From assembly GCA_030704615.1 (NCBI GenBank), contig CM060733.1, forward strand, positions 71,672,001 through 71,736,000: a stretch of DNA of 64,000 nt, read 5' to 3'. The DNA is from Takakia lepidozioides (lineage: Eukaryota; Plantae; Bryophyta). This document shows, in pieces, positions 1-11,700 of the stretch; within the stretch, counting starts at the first letter, position 1, and each line of letters opens with the position of its first letter. Below the pieces are notes generated by a model. That model had not been told where the DNA came from. It made no database searches and worked only from the letters and a program-made list of their open reading frames with translations. The translations under genes were made by a program, and so were the position numbers.

Positions 1-232
1 TAAAGAATCGTCTCTTTGCCACCACAATGAGAAGCTGGCCATTGTTTTTGGGCTCATCAACACACCCTCTGGGATGTCTTTGGGGATCATCAAGAATCTT
101 CGGATGTGTGGTGATTGCCACACAGCTACCAAATTCATCTCAAAGTTAGCTAAGCAAGAGATTGTTGTACGAGATGCAAACCGCTTTCACCACTTCCAAA
201 ATGGTGTTTGTTCTTGTGGGGAGTATTGGTGA
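1..232 (+). pseudogene. C-terminal half of a PPR DYW (cytidine deaminase-like) domain, cut by the window edge
   Basis: Frame from nt 2 reads [24 protein letters not shown]...[18 protein letters not shown]...[23 protein letters not shown]. It has HxE, CxxC and a terminal EYW, and is a near-identical inverted copy of 15475-15707. Confidence 0.93.
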
Positions 233-929
233 AATGAAATGCTTGTCACCTAATTGAATGTATTGAACTCTGTCAGTTGCGAGTCAGGTTGGACTCCAAC
301 AGTGGTAGCAAAGGCGCACGAAATCTCTTTTTGGAGAGGAATTCTCAACAGTAGGTTTTGAACATAATTGAACCTTGCGAAGGTTGAAACTGTAGAACAA
401 GTTCAGAAACTGTCCTAGTTGATGAATAGAGGTGCAGTGACTAGGTCTTGATGGTCTTCAAGAGGGTCACTCTCTGATGAAAATACCCAGGACTGTATAT
501 CAGAAAATGGAAACTTTCTTCAGGCCTCTTGCACATCGGGCATTAACAATGTCCTTTTCCTCTCTGCATCTGATTACCGTTCAAAATGAGATTCCACAGC
601 AAGTTTTATCGAGGGCAAACAGATTTGTTTTATTATATTATATTATATTATATTATATTTTTAAATAAATAAACTTGATATAATATAAAAACATACATAT
701 ACATATTTGAGGGTATTTTTTAATTATTGAAAAGGAAAATATACATACAGAAGGGGGTACTTTTTAAAAATTACAAATTTCTATATATTTACAGGAGGGG
801 GTTTTATAATCTTCAAAATGTATGTACAGAGGGGGTATAAATGATCCAAGGACCCGTATACAGGGGGTTTTTTAATTAGGCGGCGAACGTACGTGATACG
901 GACATTTTATAAAGAGTGCACCCCCCAGG
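1..929. mobile_element. End of a second copy of the CCTG-TIR element carrying DYW cargo (inverted relative to 14777-15707)
   Basis: Reverse-complement similarity to 14777-15707 stops at GAGTGCACCCCCCAGG (914-929). Subterminal AGGGGGT motifs lie at ~700-870. Confidence 0.85.
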
Positions 930-932
930 CTG

Positions 933-1092
933 AATTGAAACTAAACAATGTAGCACTTGCCTGGATAAAAAGCACTAGAACAGCCCGCTACTGCCTCCAA
1001 CGTATGAATTGCATGACATTTTGCATAGGAATTGAAACTAAACAAGGTAGCGCTTGCCTGGATAAAAAGCACTAGACCAGCCCGCTACTGCT
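933..1092. repeat. Two direct copies of a ~62-bp unit
   Basis: AATTGAAACTAAACAA..GCCTGGATAAAAAGCACTAGA.CAGCCCGCTACTGC occurs at ~933 and ~1030. Confidence 0.8.
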
Positions 1093-1228
1093 TCCATAAG
1101 TGACGATTGTTGGCTTCCGGTATAAAAGAGAAAAGTAAGGGGCATTCCCATTTGCATTCCCATAGTGGGCAAATTACGTCTGCTGTGTGGGAAGGGTGTT
1201 CGCTATTCTATCCTATTCTGCATATCAG

Positions 1229-1720
1229 TCATACGAAGTTTTTTTTTTTTTTTTTCCTTGATGGTAATGGAGATACCACCCACACATCCTGGGCTTCTCC
1301 AGGATGGAGACCTGACAGCCTACGGTCAAAGTGTGCTTCCTCCCAATGATCTAGTATCCATCCTACAAGAAAATCTTGTTTTGAAACAGCATAATCCCAT
1401 GTAAACCAATCATTTGTGAGGGCTTTCCCCCACTTCTTTGTAATTTTGGTCTCCACGTACTTTTCTATGTATGTCATCACAAAATACCCGCACTCCCACC
1501 CCCCTGCTTGCGTAGGAACGCCAGGTGTAAGCCACTCCCAGTCCATAATTCCCTTCCACAAAGCTGAGTCGGGCTCCGCTTTATATAAGAATGCTCTGAA
1601 AATTTGCGGAGGCATCTCAAACACATCCCGCTTGTGGGAATGCAAGCTGGGAAAAGAGTTGAGATGCACAAACTTGTTTTTATCGAAGACCATCAAACTC
1701 CAGTGACCCCTGCACACCAT
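1229..1720 (-). pseudogene. Ulp1/SENP-like (C48) cysteine protease catalytic exon, probably transposon-borne
   Basis: GHWSLMVFD...HLNS...PTQAGGWECGYFVM matches the HW / (D->N)S / QxxxxxCG signature of C48 peptidases. Possible upstream exons lie at ~1900-2640. Confidence 0.8.
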
Positions 1721-2659
1721 TAGGTGAGTATGAATCAGATGTTGTTGCGTATAGTAAATTCCATAAGCAAAGGCAAAAGGAAACAGGGGGGTTTTGTCGA
1801 GTCAATGACATACCCCGTGCACAATGGCATGAACCACGTTGGTACTATGGCTGGATCCTTGCACGTTCAATTCTCACCCATCCACATGTCAACCAGGGAC
1901 CTGCACACAATCTCAGGACTGTTTCGTGCTACCTCCAGGGCAGTCCATATCACACAGGGGGGACCAGACAGTGGGGGAGCAGAAACTCGAGAGGGATTGG
2001 ATATTGTGGGATTTTGCAAGTGAGGGATTGAGGGAGGGAGGCAAAGTCTGAGAGGAAGGGGACCAAAATTGCAAGGGCAGGGGAACATGAGAAGGAGACC
2101 GTTGTGTAGGAGGAATAAAACACCATGTTGAGACGAAAAAGAAATCCCTATAAGTGCATGCATTGTGAGCTGGCCGGTATACAACCATCTTGGACTCTGC
2201 AACCTGCATCAATCCTATTCAGTTGCTCGATATGCAACCATCTTCGGATCTGCAACATGAACATAAAAAAATATTACGAAGCCATGTTTACATGTCAATC
2301 TCATAAGGTAAGTAGTATGAAAAAGCAAACATGAAGTTGAGGCTGAAGTTTCATATGGGAAAGATAGTTACAGACCATCATCCCCCTGCACATGGGATTA
2401 GCTACAGCCTACAACAATCCTCTACTTCAGCTTTGAAAACAACAAACAACAACAAGAGAAGAACAACAACCAGAAAACCCCATGTACGCATTGTATGCAA
2501 GACGTTTGTCGCAAGAGAATAACAAACACCGTAGAGCGGACACGATTCAGGCACTGGCAAGTCATCCCAAACCCGTCGAAGCAGGAGCACAAACAAGCAT
2601 GACAGTTGCAAACCCTCAGAAGCGGAGATGGGACAACCCTACCTCCACGACGAAGTCAC

Positions 2660-5600
2660 CATCACATGCAGGGCCACGTGGTTCGATCCCCATTGTTGGA
2701 TGTGTAAGGGATTGGGGGATCAGTCGAAGGGGGATCAAAGCAGGAGATCGGTGGCAAGGCCAGGGAGGGAGATGGGGAGCGCCACGCAGTGGACCATCGG
2801 ACGGCGGGAGGACGGCCACATGACATTGAAGAGGGGCAAGGGGGATCAGTCCCCAGGGGGCGGCGGGGATCGGCAGCGGGTCGACATTGGGGTGCCGTCA
2901 CGTGGTCGAGGAGGATTGACGGCGCGGAGGCGGGGGGGGGGGGCATATGTTGCAGCTGACCCCACCATGAATTCATCTCGTCGGGAGCTTAAGGACGGAA
3001 TGCCAAACTCACCCCGAACAGCCACATTGGCTGTTTTGGAGCATGCTGACATACACTCCTTAAGCACCCCCACTTGAATGGATTCTAGAGACTTAGCCTG
3101 GTTGGAGTTATCAACCCATATAGCAGATCCGTACTCCAAGGCAGGTCTAATAACGCGACAAAGCATGGTTTTCTGAACCTCAGAGTTGACCCCTTTGCAG
3201 TGGAAAAATTTAGTGAGCCCCAGAGCTTTGCCCTTGCCAGTTTGAACAACTTTCCGGGAAAGAGAGTGGGTAAGAGATAGCTGCTGACAATTGAAGTCCT
3301 TGGTTGAACAGCAACGGATTATCCCAGAAGCCTGCCCAGTTCAGAGGGATGGAGCAGGAATGTGTGGCTTAGTGCAGCAGCCGTGACCCTGACAAGATCT
3401 CCATGGACTCCGTTGGCACTTCGAATTGGGGAGGGAGTCGCCAGTCCAGCAGAAAGTTGCAGCTCTGCAAAACTTCTTCCTACAAAAGATATCAGCGCTG
3501 GAAGAGCTCTGGGGACGAGTCATGTAGCAAATTCCATCTGAGAGAGCGTCTGCAGTGTATATACCAGCAAATGGCTTCAATTGTAATAAACCATGAATAG
3601 GGTTGAGATAGTGGATGTCACTAGAGGCAGCAATGCTGTAGATTTTGCCATGGCTGGCCCGGTTGGTGGGAGATTGCCTGCGGGGGTATTGCAGCACCAA
3701 AACATTGTAATCCGTAGACAAGAGTCAGGTCGTCCTTCGCTGGGAACAGGGTATAACCAAACAAGCACTCTGGTATCACCTGCCACGTGGCCCCGTGGGG
3801 TCATCAAGGATACGGCGGAGCAGCACGTGGCGGCAAATGTGGGGAGGGGGATCAGTCCATGAATTGGACGAGGGGATCATCCGAGGCGGGGTCCGCGACG
3901 GCGCGGGGGATCGCGCCGTTGATGGGAGGAGGGGATCGACGGCGGTGGGAACCGCCACGTGGCGTGGCAGTGTCATCGGCCCTTCATCCGCCCGTCATCC
4001 ATCCCCTGCGCTGGAGGATGAGGGGCGGATGACCCACATCATCCATTTTATTAAGGTTGGATGGCTGGATAGGGGATCAACGGTTCGGGGGCTCACCACG
4101 TGGCGGCAAATTACGGTTTAGGGGATCACTCCCGCACTGGACGGGGGAACAACCCAGCCGGGGGTGGGGAGCGGCAACAGCTCGGGGGATCGGGCCGCGG
4201 ATCAGAGGAGGGGATCGACGGTGGGTGGATTGCCACGTAGCGTGTCAGTGTCATCACTAATGGTTTCAGGTTGGATGGATGGGCAGTGGATCGACGGTTC
4301 GGGGGAGCACCACATCGCGGCAGATTAGCGGAGGGGGATCACTCCCGCACTGGACGGGGGATGAACCCAGGGAGAGGGGAGAGGCGACGTCTCGGGGGAT
4401 CGCATCGTGGATGGGATGAGGGGATCGATGGCAGGGGGACCGCCACGTGTCGTGGCAATATCATCGGCCCTTCATCCGCCCGTCATCCTCCCGCCATCCA
4501 TCCGGGCTGCGCGGGAGGATGACGGGGGGATGAAGGGCGGCTAACCCACATCATCTATTGTTTTCAGGTTCGATGGATGCGCAGGGGATCGACGGTTTGG
4601 GGGAGCACCACGTGGCGGCCGATTAGGGTTGGGGGATCCCTCCCGCACTCGACGGGGGATCAACCGACGGGGGGGAGCGACGACGGCTCGGGGGATCGCG
4701 CCGTGGATGGGATGAGGGGATCCATGGCGTGCGTGGTAGCAGATGAGGAGTGGGGGATCAATTCCCGAATTGGACGAGGGGATCAACCCGGCGGGGGAAG
4801 CGACGGTGCGGGGGATCGTGAAGAGGGGGATTGACGGCAAGGGGACCGCCACGTTGGCCCTTCATCCATGCCCTGCGCGGGAGTATGGCGGGGGGATGAG
4901 GGACGGATGACCCACATCACCCATTTATGGATGGATGATGGGATCGATGGCAGGGGGACCGCCACGTGTCGTGGCAATATCATCCGCCCGTCATCCTCCC
5001 GTCATCCTCCCGCCATCCATCCGGGCTGCGCGGGAGGATGACGGGGGGATGAAGGGCGGCTAACCCACATCATCTATTGTTTTCAGGTTCGATGGATGCG
5101 CAGGGGATCGACGGTTTGGGGGAGCACCACGTGGCGGCCGACTAGGGTTGGGGGATCCCTCCCGCACTCGACGGGGGATCAACCGAGGGGGGGGAGCGAC
5201 GACGGCTCGGGGGATCGCGCCGTGGATGGGATGAGGGGATCCATGGCGTGCGTGGTAGCAGATGAGGAGTGGGGGATCAATTCCCGAATTGGACGAGGGG
5301 ATCAACCCGGCGGGGGAAGCGACGGCGCGGGGGATCGTGAAGAGGGGGATTGACGGCAAGGGGACCGCCACGTTGGCCCTTCATCCATGCCGTGCGCGGG
5401 AGTATGGCGGGGGGATGAGGGACGGATGACCCACATCACCCATTTATGGATGGATGATGGGATCGATGGCAGGGGGACCGCCACGTGTCGTGGCAATATC
5501 ATCAGCCCTTCATCCGTCCGTCATCCTCCCGCCATCCATCCGGGCTGCGCGGGAGGATGACGGGGGGATGAAGGGCGGCTAACCCACATCATGTATTGTT

Positions 5601-5996
5601 TTCAGGTTCGATGGATGGGCAGGGGCTCGACAGTTCGGGGGAGCACCACGTGGCGGGAGATGGGAGGTGGGGGATCACTCCCGCTCTAGACGGGGGATCA
5701 AACCAGGGATGAGAGGATCCAGGGGGAGCCGCCACGTGGCTAGAGACCGGGCGTGGCGGACGCACGGCTGGGGGATCATCGGTGGGGCGCCGGCGATGGA
5801 CGAGCGCGTGGGGGGACCGACGGAGCGAGGGGCGCCACGTGGCCAGCGATGGGGGCGGGCTTAAGTGTCCGGGCGGGGGTGGGCGGAGGGGTCGGAGGGG
5901 GTGGGGAGGATTTGACATGGAGCGTCCAGCTTGCCGCCGGAGGGGGTGTTCCCCGGCTGGACCTCGCGGGCCGTACCTGTCAGCTCACACCCTTGC
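2660..5996. repeat. GC-rich compound tandem array rich in (C)CACGTG(G) and GGGGATC, with a near-perfect 519-bp period at ~4420-5620; interrupted by the LINE-containing block ~2944-3775
   Basis: ORF pairs 4541/5060, 4577/5096 and 4783/5302 are each offset by 519 nt and nearly identical. Confidence 0.9.
2944..3270 (-). mobile_element. Non-LTR retrotransposon ORF2 C-terminal fragment (RTE/RTEX-like)
   Basis: VIRPALEYGSAIW...LESIQ...NVAVRGEFG...RRDEF. The following GGTGGGGTCAGCTGCAACATATG also occurs at ~17674 (reading WWGQLQHM..RYPK). Confidence 0.75.
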
Positions 5997-6812
5997 AATA
6001 AAATGAAGTCACATACATACAGTCGGAGCTTCTTAATGGTTACCTGTTTATAAGTTTAATATGCTACTACTTATCTTTTTGCTACTACCGAAAAAATCCG
6101 CAAAATATACAAAGGAAATGGTTAATTGTTTGATAGTTAACTTTATCTTACTCCCTCTAGCCTAGATAATAGTGTTTGTTTTGTTTTGTTTTGTGTTTTG
6201 TTTTGTTTTTTTGGAAAGTGGGGGTAGCTTTATAACTTTATTGAATTATTGAGGGAAAAAAGTAAAACCATAAGGCCCGAAGGCAACCATGAGGTATGGA
6301 CTCATGATAACATGAAGAGTGATCCAGAGAAAACGTGCATGGCAGAAACCAATCATGAATGAATCGAAGCTATAAACCTAGACACCTGACTTCAAGTTAT
6401 AGAGACTTTTGTTATATTGCTAAAAAGTGAGCCATCTTATCTGTAATCCAGAAATATAACCAATGGCTAAATTATTAGATTATGTAATAATTAAATTATT
6501 TTTGGTGGTTCCATCTAGGCATATGTTTCTTATTATGCAGAGTGTTTTTAAGTAGGCTCCATGTGTAATAGATAACTGGATAAACTGGATAGTAGTAATA
6601 TTTCTATTGGTGATGTAAGTGGGCTCTCAACCTCTATAAAGGATACTGGTTACATTATCTCTACTAGTTAACTTTTTGCTACTCCCCACTTTTTGCTACT
6701 CCACACTGTCAACCATTAAAGAGGTATTGGAACCGGTTAATATCTGCTCCTCCAGAGCAGAATAGTCCGATTGAGGGGGAGGGCACAGCCGGTGGAACAC
6801 CCCCTGCAACAC

Positions 6813-6872
6813 GGGCGCACGGCTGGAGGGCGCACGGCTGGAGGGCGCACGGCTGGAGGGCGCACGGCTGGA
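6813..6872. repeat. 15-bp minisatellite (GGGCGCACGGCTGGA) x4
   Basis: Directly visible; it gives the RAPSS repeats in ORF 6696-7172. Confidence 0.9.
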
Positions 6873-7774
6873 GTACACCGCGAAAACTTCACGTGCTTTA
6901 GCCTTCCAGGTAGGGGGTTCTTGGATTTTCGGGCAAGGCCTCGAGGGGAGGGGATTCCTGGATTTAAGGGCAGTAGGCCGAGGGCTCCCCTCGAGGCCTT
7001 CCCCTATACTTAATGCGGTAACATGAATGATGCACGTCGAGTGTTTGACAAAATGACTAGAAACGAGATGTGGTCTCATGGAACTCCCTGATGGTAGGAT
7101 CCTCTCAACATGGGTGTGGTAGGGATGTTGTGCAACTACTTGGAAAAATGCAGCAAGAAGGTTTGAAGCCAAACAATATCACCTTTACATCTCTGCTGAT
7201 AGCATGTGGGTCTTGTGCGTCTTCTGGGTGACTTCCGTACAAAGGGTCGAGATCATGGTTTCACTGATACAATGGAACATTTTGGCCATGCTAGACCAGT
7301 AGAGGCTGTGAAGCGGCTTTTACTCACCCATCTCTTTGTTATCCGAGGTGAAAACTCCAAAATAGAAGAGCTGGATATCTCCAAGCAATTATAACCTGTA
7401 GTTGGATATCTCTACGAGAAGGATCAGTTATAGCTTTCGGCTAGTATATCATGGGGATATTTTCTATTTATATTCGTTTTCACCTCATCTACCTTCCTGT
7501 CTGTGTTTATTACCAAGTTCCAATCACTCATCCATTCATTCCACAACTTCACACTCTGTATGCAGCATTCGGTCTTCTTACCATGCTTTCATGGTAGTTT
7601 AGTAATTTTTTTCTTATGACCAGACATTCATTTTTTTACTTGCATCCTTTCACCCTTTGAGGCTCCTACACAAGGGTTAAATTCTTTATTTCTCACCCTT
7701 TGTTTCTCACCTTTGGAAGATCCCAATTACAGTTCAACCAGGATCAAAGGTAGTACTGAGGAAGAAAACTCACT

Positions 7775-9243
7775 TCTGTAGGTTGAAAGCAAGATCCAAA
7801 TTGAAGATTTCATCATGCTCGCCCCACACTATCAACATCTTCTCCTGCAGGGATGTGCACAATCCAGACTTCAGAGCATATCATATATCCACAAACACTG
7901 TGAATTCCATCCAGTGCATGCACACTTCAATATAAACTAAATTCGAATAATGATTGCCTGTGGAATCAATAAGTCATGATTTCCACTCAATTCACATTTG
8001 ACATACAATAGTCCTTATTCCCCCATCTGCCACTGTATGCACAAAACTGGCCAGCTTCAACATGTACAGTACCGAGGTAATGTTTTGCAAAACTTAGATT
8101 GGAATCTAACACCCTCCCAACTGTGGGGAGACAAATATGTAACGCCCATTATGGACAAAGAAGAGTCTACTGTAATTTAACTGCAAAAGACATAACGTCA
8201 TGTGTGATGAGCTCATGATTGAAACATGCATGAAGTAACAAACCTGTGTCAACTTTGGAAGAGGGAAAGCCTGTTCAGTCCCAATGACAAGCCTATCAAG
8301 CAACTCCAGTTTCTCTTGTCGATTATCGTCGCACATCACCTTCATCACCCATCCATTCCCACACAATCCCACCAAATTAGCCTCCTTACATGCTTTTAGG
8401 AGTCTGGACGATTCTACAACAAAGTTCTACATCACACCTGTGAATTTAGTATGCACACCGATCATTTCAAAAGACTTCGATCGAACGAACTACACAAAGG
8501 CATTGGAACGCCTTGGAAACTAAGGTATCTGCAAATCCCAACATAGGTAGAAATCAAGTGCAAGCGCAAGTAGAAGCTTACATCCAGCATAACTTGATAG
8601 ATGAAGTGAAGTAAGCGAATCATTCTGTACACGGCAACACTGAATGCTGTTCTCAGTCCTTGTATTGTAGTAGGCAATAAAATCTCTGAAATGTGAGAAT
8701 AATGGCACTTGACTAACAAGTGCGTCGTTCGTGGTCGGAACCATGCACACCCCAGAGTCGGAGAGCACTATTTTGTTCACGAATTTGGGGTACAGATGGG
8801 CCATGCAGAAAGCAACCATGCCACCATAACTGGTGCCCACCATGTATTGACCTCATTCTGCACCCCCAGAAGCTGCAGCATCTTGACTAAGCACTTGGCC
8901 TGGAATGACTCTGACCGCTGCTTGCTTTTGGAGGTCGATTCTCCAAAGAAGATTAGATCAGGCACATAAACATGGAATTTCTTCACAAAAGCACCAATTT
9001 GGTGTTCCCAACCTATCGCCCCGTTGGCTGAAAAGCCATGAATGAATAAGAGGGCAGGTTTGTCTGCGGTGGGTACTGACCATACCCCCTTTACCGGTCT
9101 GGGCGGGGCTGGAACCGAGCAGTGCACGATGGTCTTGTCGTTGATTTCGGTGAGCTCTGACTGGAGACCACATGATCGGTAATGGTGCCACAGAATTCTC
9201 AACTTCAACTCCACTAAACCGAGATTGAAACAATTCCCCCCAT
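7775..9243 (-). pseudogene. Plant alpha/beta-hydrolase pseudogene (multi-exon, frameshifted)
   Basis: LLFIHGF...YVPDLIFFGES...; nucleophile elbow VGTSYGGMV lies in another frame after ~8845; further exons VMCDDNRQEKLELL..LPKLTQ (~8240-8340) and MLIVWGEHDEIFNLDLAFNLQ (~7775-7845). The catalytic-His exon was not found. Confidence 0.85.
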
Positions 9244-9774
9244 TTGCACCTCGCTTATTCCTTCAACAGTACTCTCAGAATGCGCAGATGGAACTCCTTT
9301 CACCAGTGTTGGAGTCTTTGGTCACCGGCTCAGGCTGTTAGTTACGCACATCGAGGCGATGATCTACTCATGCCCTCAAAACAGAAAGACACCTTCCCAA
9401 AAGGTGAGGGGGGATTGAATCCCCTGATCTGCCCAATATGCAGACAGCTCCCCCCTCCAAAAAGCAGCCAAGAAACCCAAACAACAGGACCCAACACGGC
9501 CGCCAGCCCCCCATGCCCAAAAGTGATTGAACCAAACAACCAAAGAATCAAAGCCAAATCCCCCAAGTTCCCCATTCAACAAGAGAAAGACCAGAGACCT
9601 CTGCCACTACCCCCAGCCCCCCCATGCGCAAAAGCGAGGATATGAACCAACCGCCAAAACCCAGCCCAAGTCCCCGATTCAACAAGACAAAGAGCCAGAG
9701 ACCTGCCCCCATGCAGCCAAACGAGGATACCAACCAACCGCCCAAACGCAAAATCTGCCTCATCTGTTCACAGT

Positions 9775-11700
9775 GCAAGACATAAGCATTCACCATGGTG
9801 GTGTCCAGCAGAAAGAAAAAGACGCGATGCCACCACTTCTGTCTTCAGTTGGCAGCTATATGCCCCACGCAGCTGGCCCTGCACGTCCACACCCCGCATA
9901 AACGTTGGGTGTTGCACATGCATAGGCACCGATGGAACATACACTCTGCTGTTGCCCACAAACCGGCGAACAATGATTGGGGAATTTCGGCCCACATGCA
10001 AGTCGAGCCGCCGATGAAATGAGAAACACTGCCTTTTTATCCCACCACAACACAGCAGCGATCTGCGCCCTTGAAGAGTGCATCTTGAACCAGCTATCAC
10101 CTTGCACAGTGGCCCATGTCCCAAGTTGGGCCAGGTCATAAAACAGTTGGGGTGAGGTGAAAAAGTTATCAGTCACCACCACATGGCCCAATCCATGCAA
10201 GGGTCCAATCAAATTCGTGACCATGTCGTACCCTTCACCTTTACCGCTTTTGTGCCTCACTCCTGCAGGGCCTCCATTCTTGCGGCCACAGTACACATCA
10301 AAGTTATACACATAACTAGACTTGGCATCCGCCAGTGCCCAGATTTTGATGCCCCACTTCACGGGCTTCTTTGGCATGTACTGTCTAATTCCAAAGTACT
10401 TGCCTTTGTAGGGAATCATAACCTCATCCACTGTTACCATTTTGCCCAAATTCCAGTGCAACTTGCATCTACTCACCACCTCATCGCAGGTCCACCGCAC
10501 CTTGCCAAGTTTGTCATACAAGGGGCTGCTGCGATCAGAAACCAACAAGGCATTACCCACAAGATGCAAGCAGCGGAGAATGGCCTCGAACATGTCCCTG
10601 CTCATGACCTTCTTAATCACTTGGCATGAAAAGAAAATTCCGCTCGACTACCAATAGCACCTGGTCTTCGGCAGCTTCTTCATGCCCATGAAGAGACAAA
10701 TACCCACCCAAGCTCTTAGCTTAGGGACAGTGAGAGGCACCCAAGCAGACCCACCCCGAGTACCAATTCGGACTTGTTCGCCAGCGTAACGATTTGTCTC
10801 CCTGCAAATGCGCTGCAGCACAACCCGCCTCCAAAACAAATGAATAAAAGACAGGATACTGGCGCCTCTCATGGCCGCCACTACTGGCCAAGGCTCAGGC
10901 CCTAGAAAGGCCTCCCTATCCCCCAAAAAAGTTGTGTCCGTGCCAGTGTTTTTTTTTTCACATTTCCTCAATCGTAGGGCAGGACGACATGTAGATTCTA
11001 CCCAGTGCCCATATGGCGAGACTAAACGAGGTGACCTAGTTAGAAAAGTGGCTATATTACAGGTGTCGTATTTTAACAGGTCCACGTAGGACAAATCTGG
11101 CTCCTGATATTTGACCATTGGCGCTTTCTGGCGATTGTTTTAAATTGTACTCTCGTAATTCCTTAGTAAAAGTAGCTGGCCCATTTTCCAGGTCGAAATC
11201 TGGCGATTTTTTACCAGATTAAAAAACACTGGTCCGTGCACTTCCATTCCTTTACAACTATGAGACACTGTTCTCTTCATCCACATCCTCTAACTCCATA
11301 CCCCTAGTGTCCCAGTCATCATCGTTCACACTATCACCCTCGTAGGCATCATTGCCATCTACAAAATCATCGCCTTCATCTCTCAGATCGGTGTCAGCAA
11401 AGTCGTATGCAGGGAACTCAAATGGTTCGGACCAATCCTCACAAACATTGGCTGGCAACTCCAACACACCCTTCTCCCCCATGTCAACAACTAACCACTT
11501 CATACTACCCTTACGAAAGGTTTCAAGGACAAGACCATGCACCCAGGCATTCTCACTTTGCATCCTCACTTTCCACTCCCAAGTTACGATATGATGGCCA
11601 CTTTGCCTAATACTAGAAGATGCACCACACATAGTGTCATCGGGCACTTCTGACCACTGGCACATCATGAAAAGACTCTGCTCCAAAACCTTCACCACTA
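9775..11700 (-). pseudogene. piggyBac (PGBD4-like) transposase, fragmented
   Basis: VTVDEVMIPYKG..RQYMPKKPVKWGIKIW, VVTDNFFTS, WWDKKAV, MRGVDVQ, KWWHRVFFFLLD..NAY. The acidic N-terminal part (11258-11450) is separated by the MITE, and there is an internal deletion after GTWATV. Confidence 0.9.
10944..11231. mobile_element. 288-bp hAT-type MITE inserted in the piggyBac transposase
   Basis: TIRs CAGTGTTTTTT / AAAAAACACTG; 8-bp TSD GTCCGTGC at 10936-10943 and 11232-11239. Confidence 0.9.

Noticed and set aside
3776-6006. Many short Gly/Arg/Pro-rich ORFs
   Set aside because: By-products of the GC-rich tandem repeat.
7206-7680. Possible LTR (TGTAG..CTACA) and AGGGTTAA as the second piggyBac end
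   Set aside because: No TSD or partner LTR, and AGGGTTAA at 7673 is in the same orientation as the 13316 end, so it cannot pair with it.
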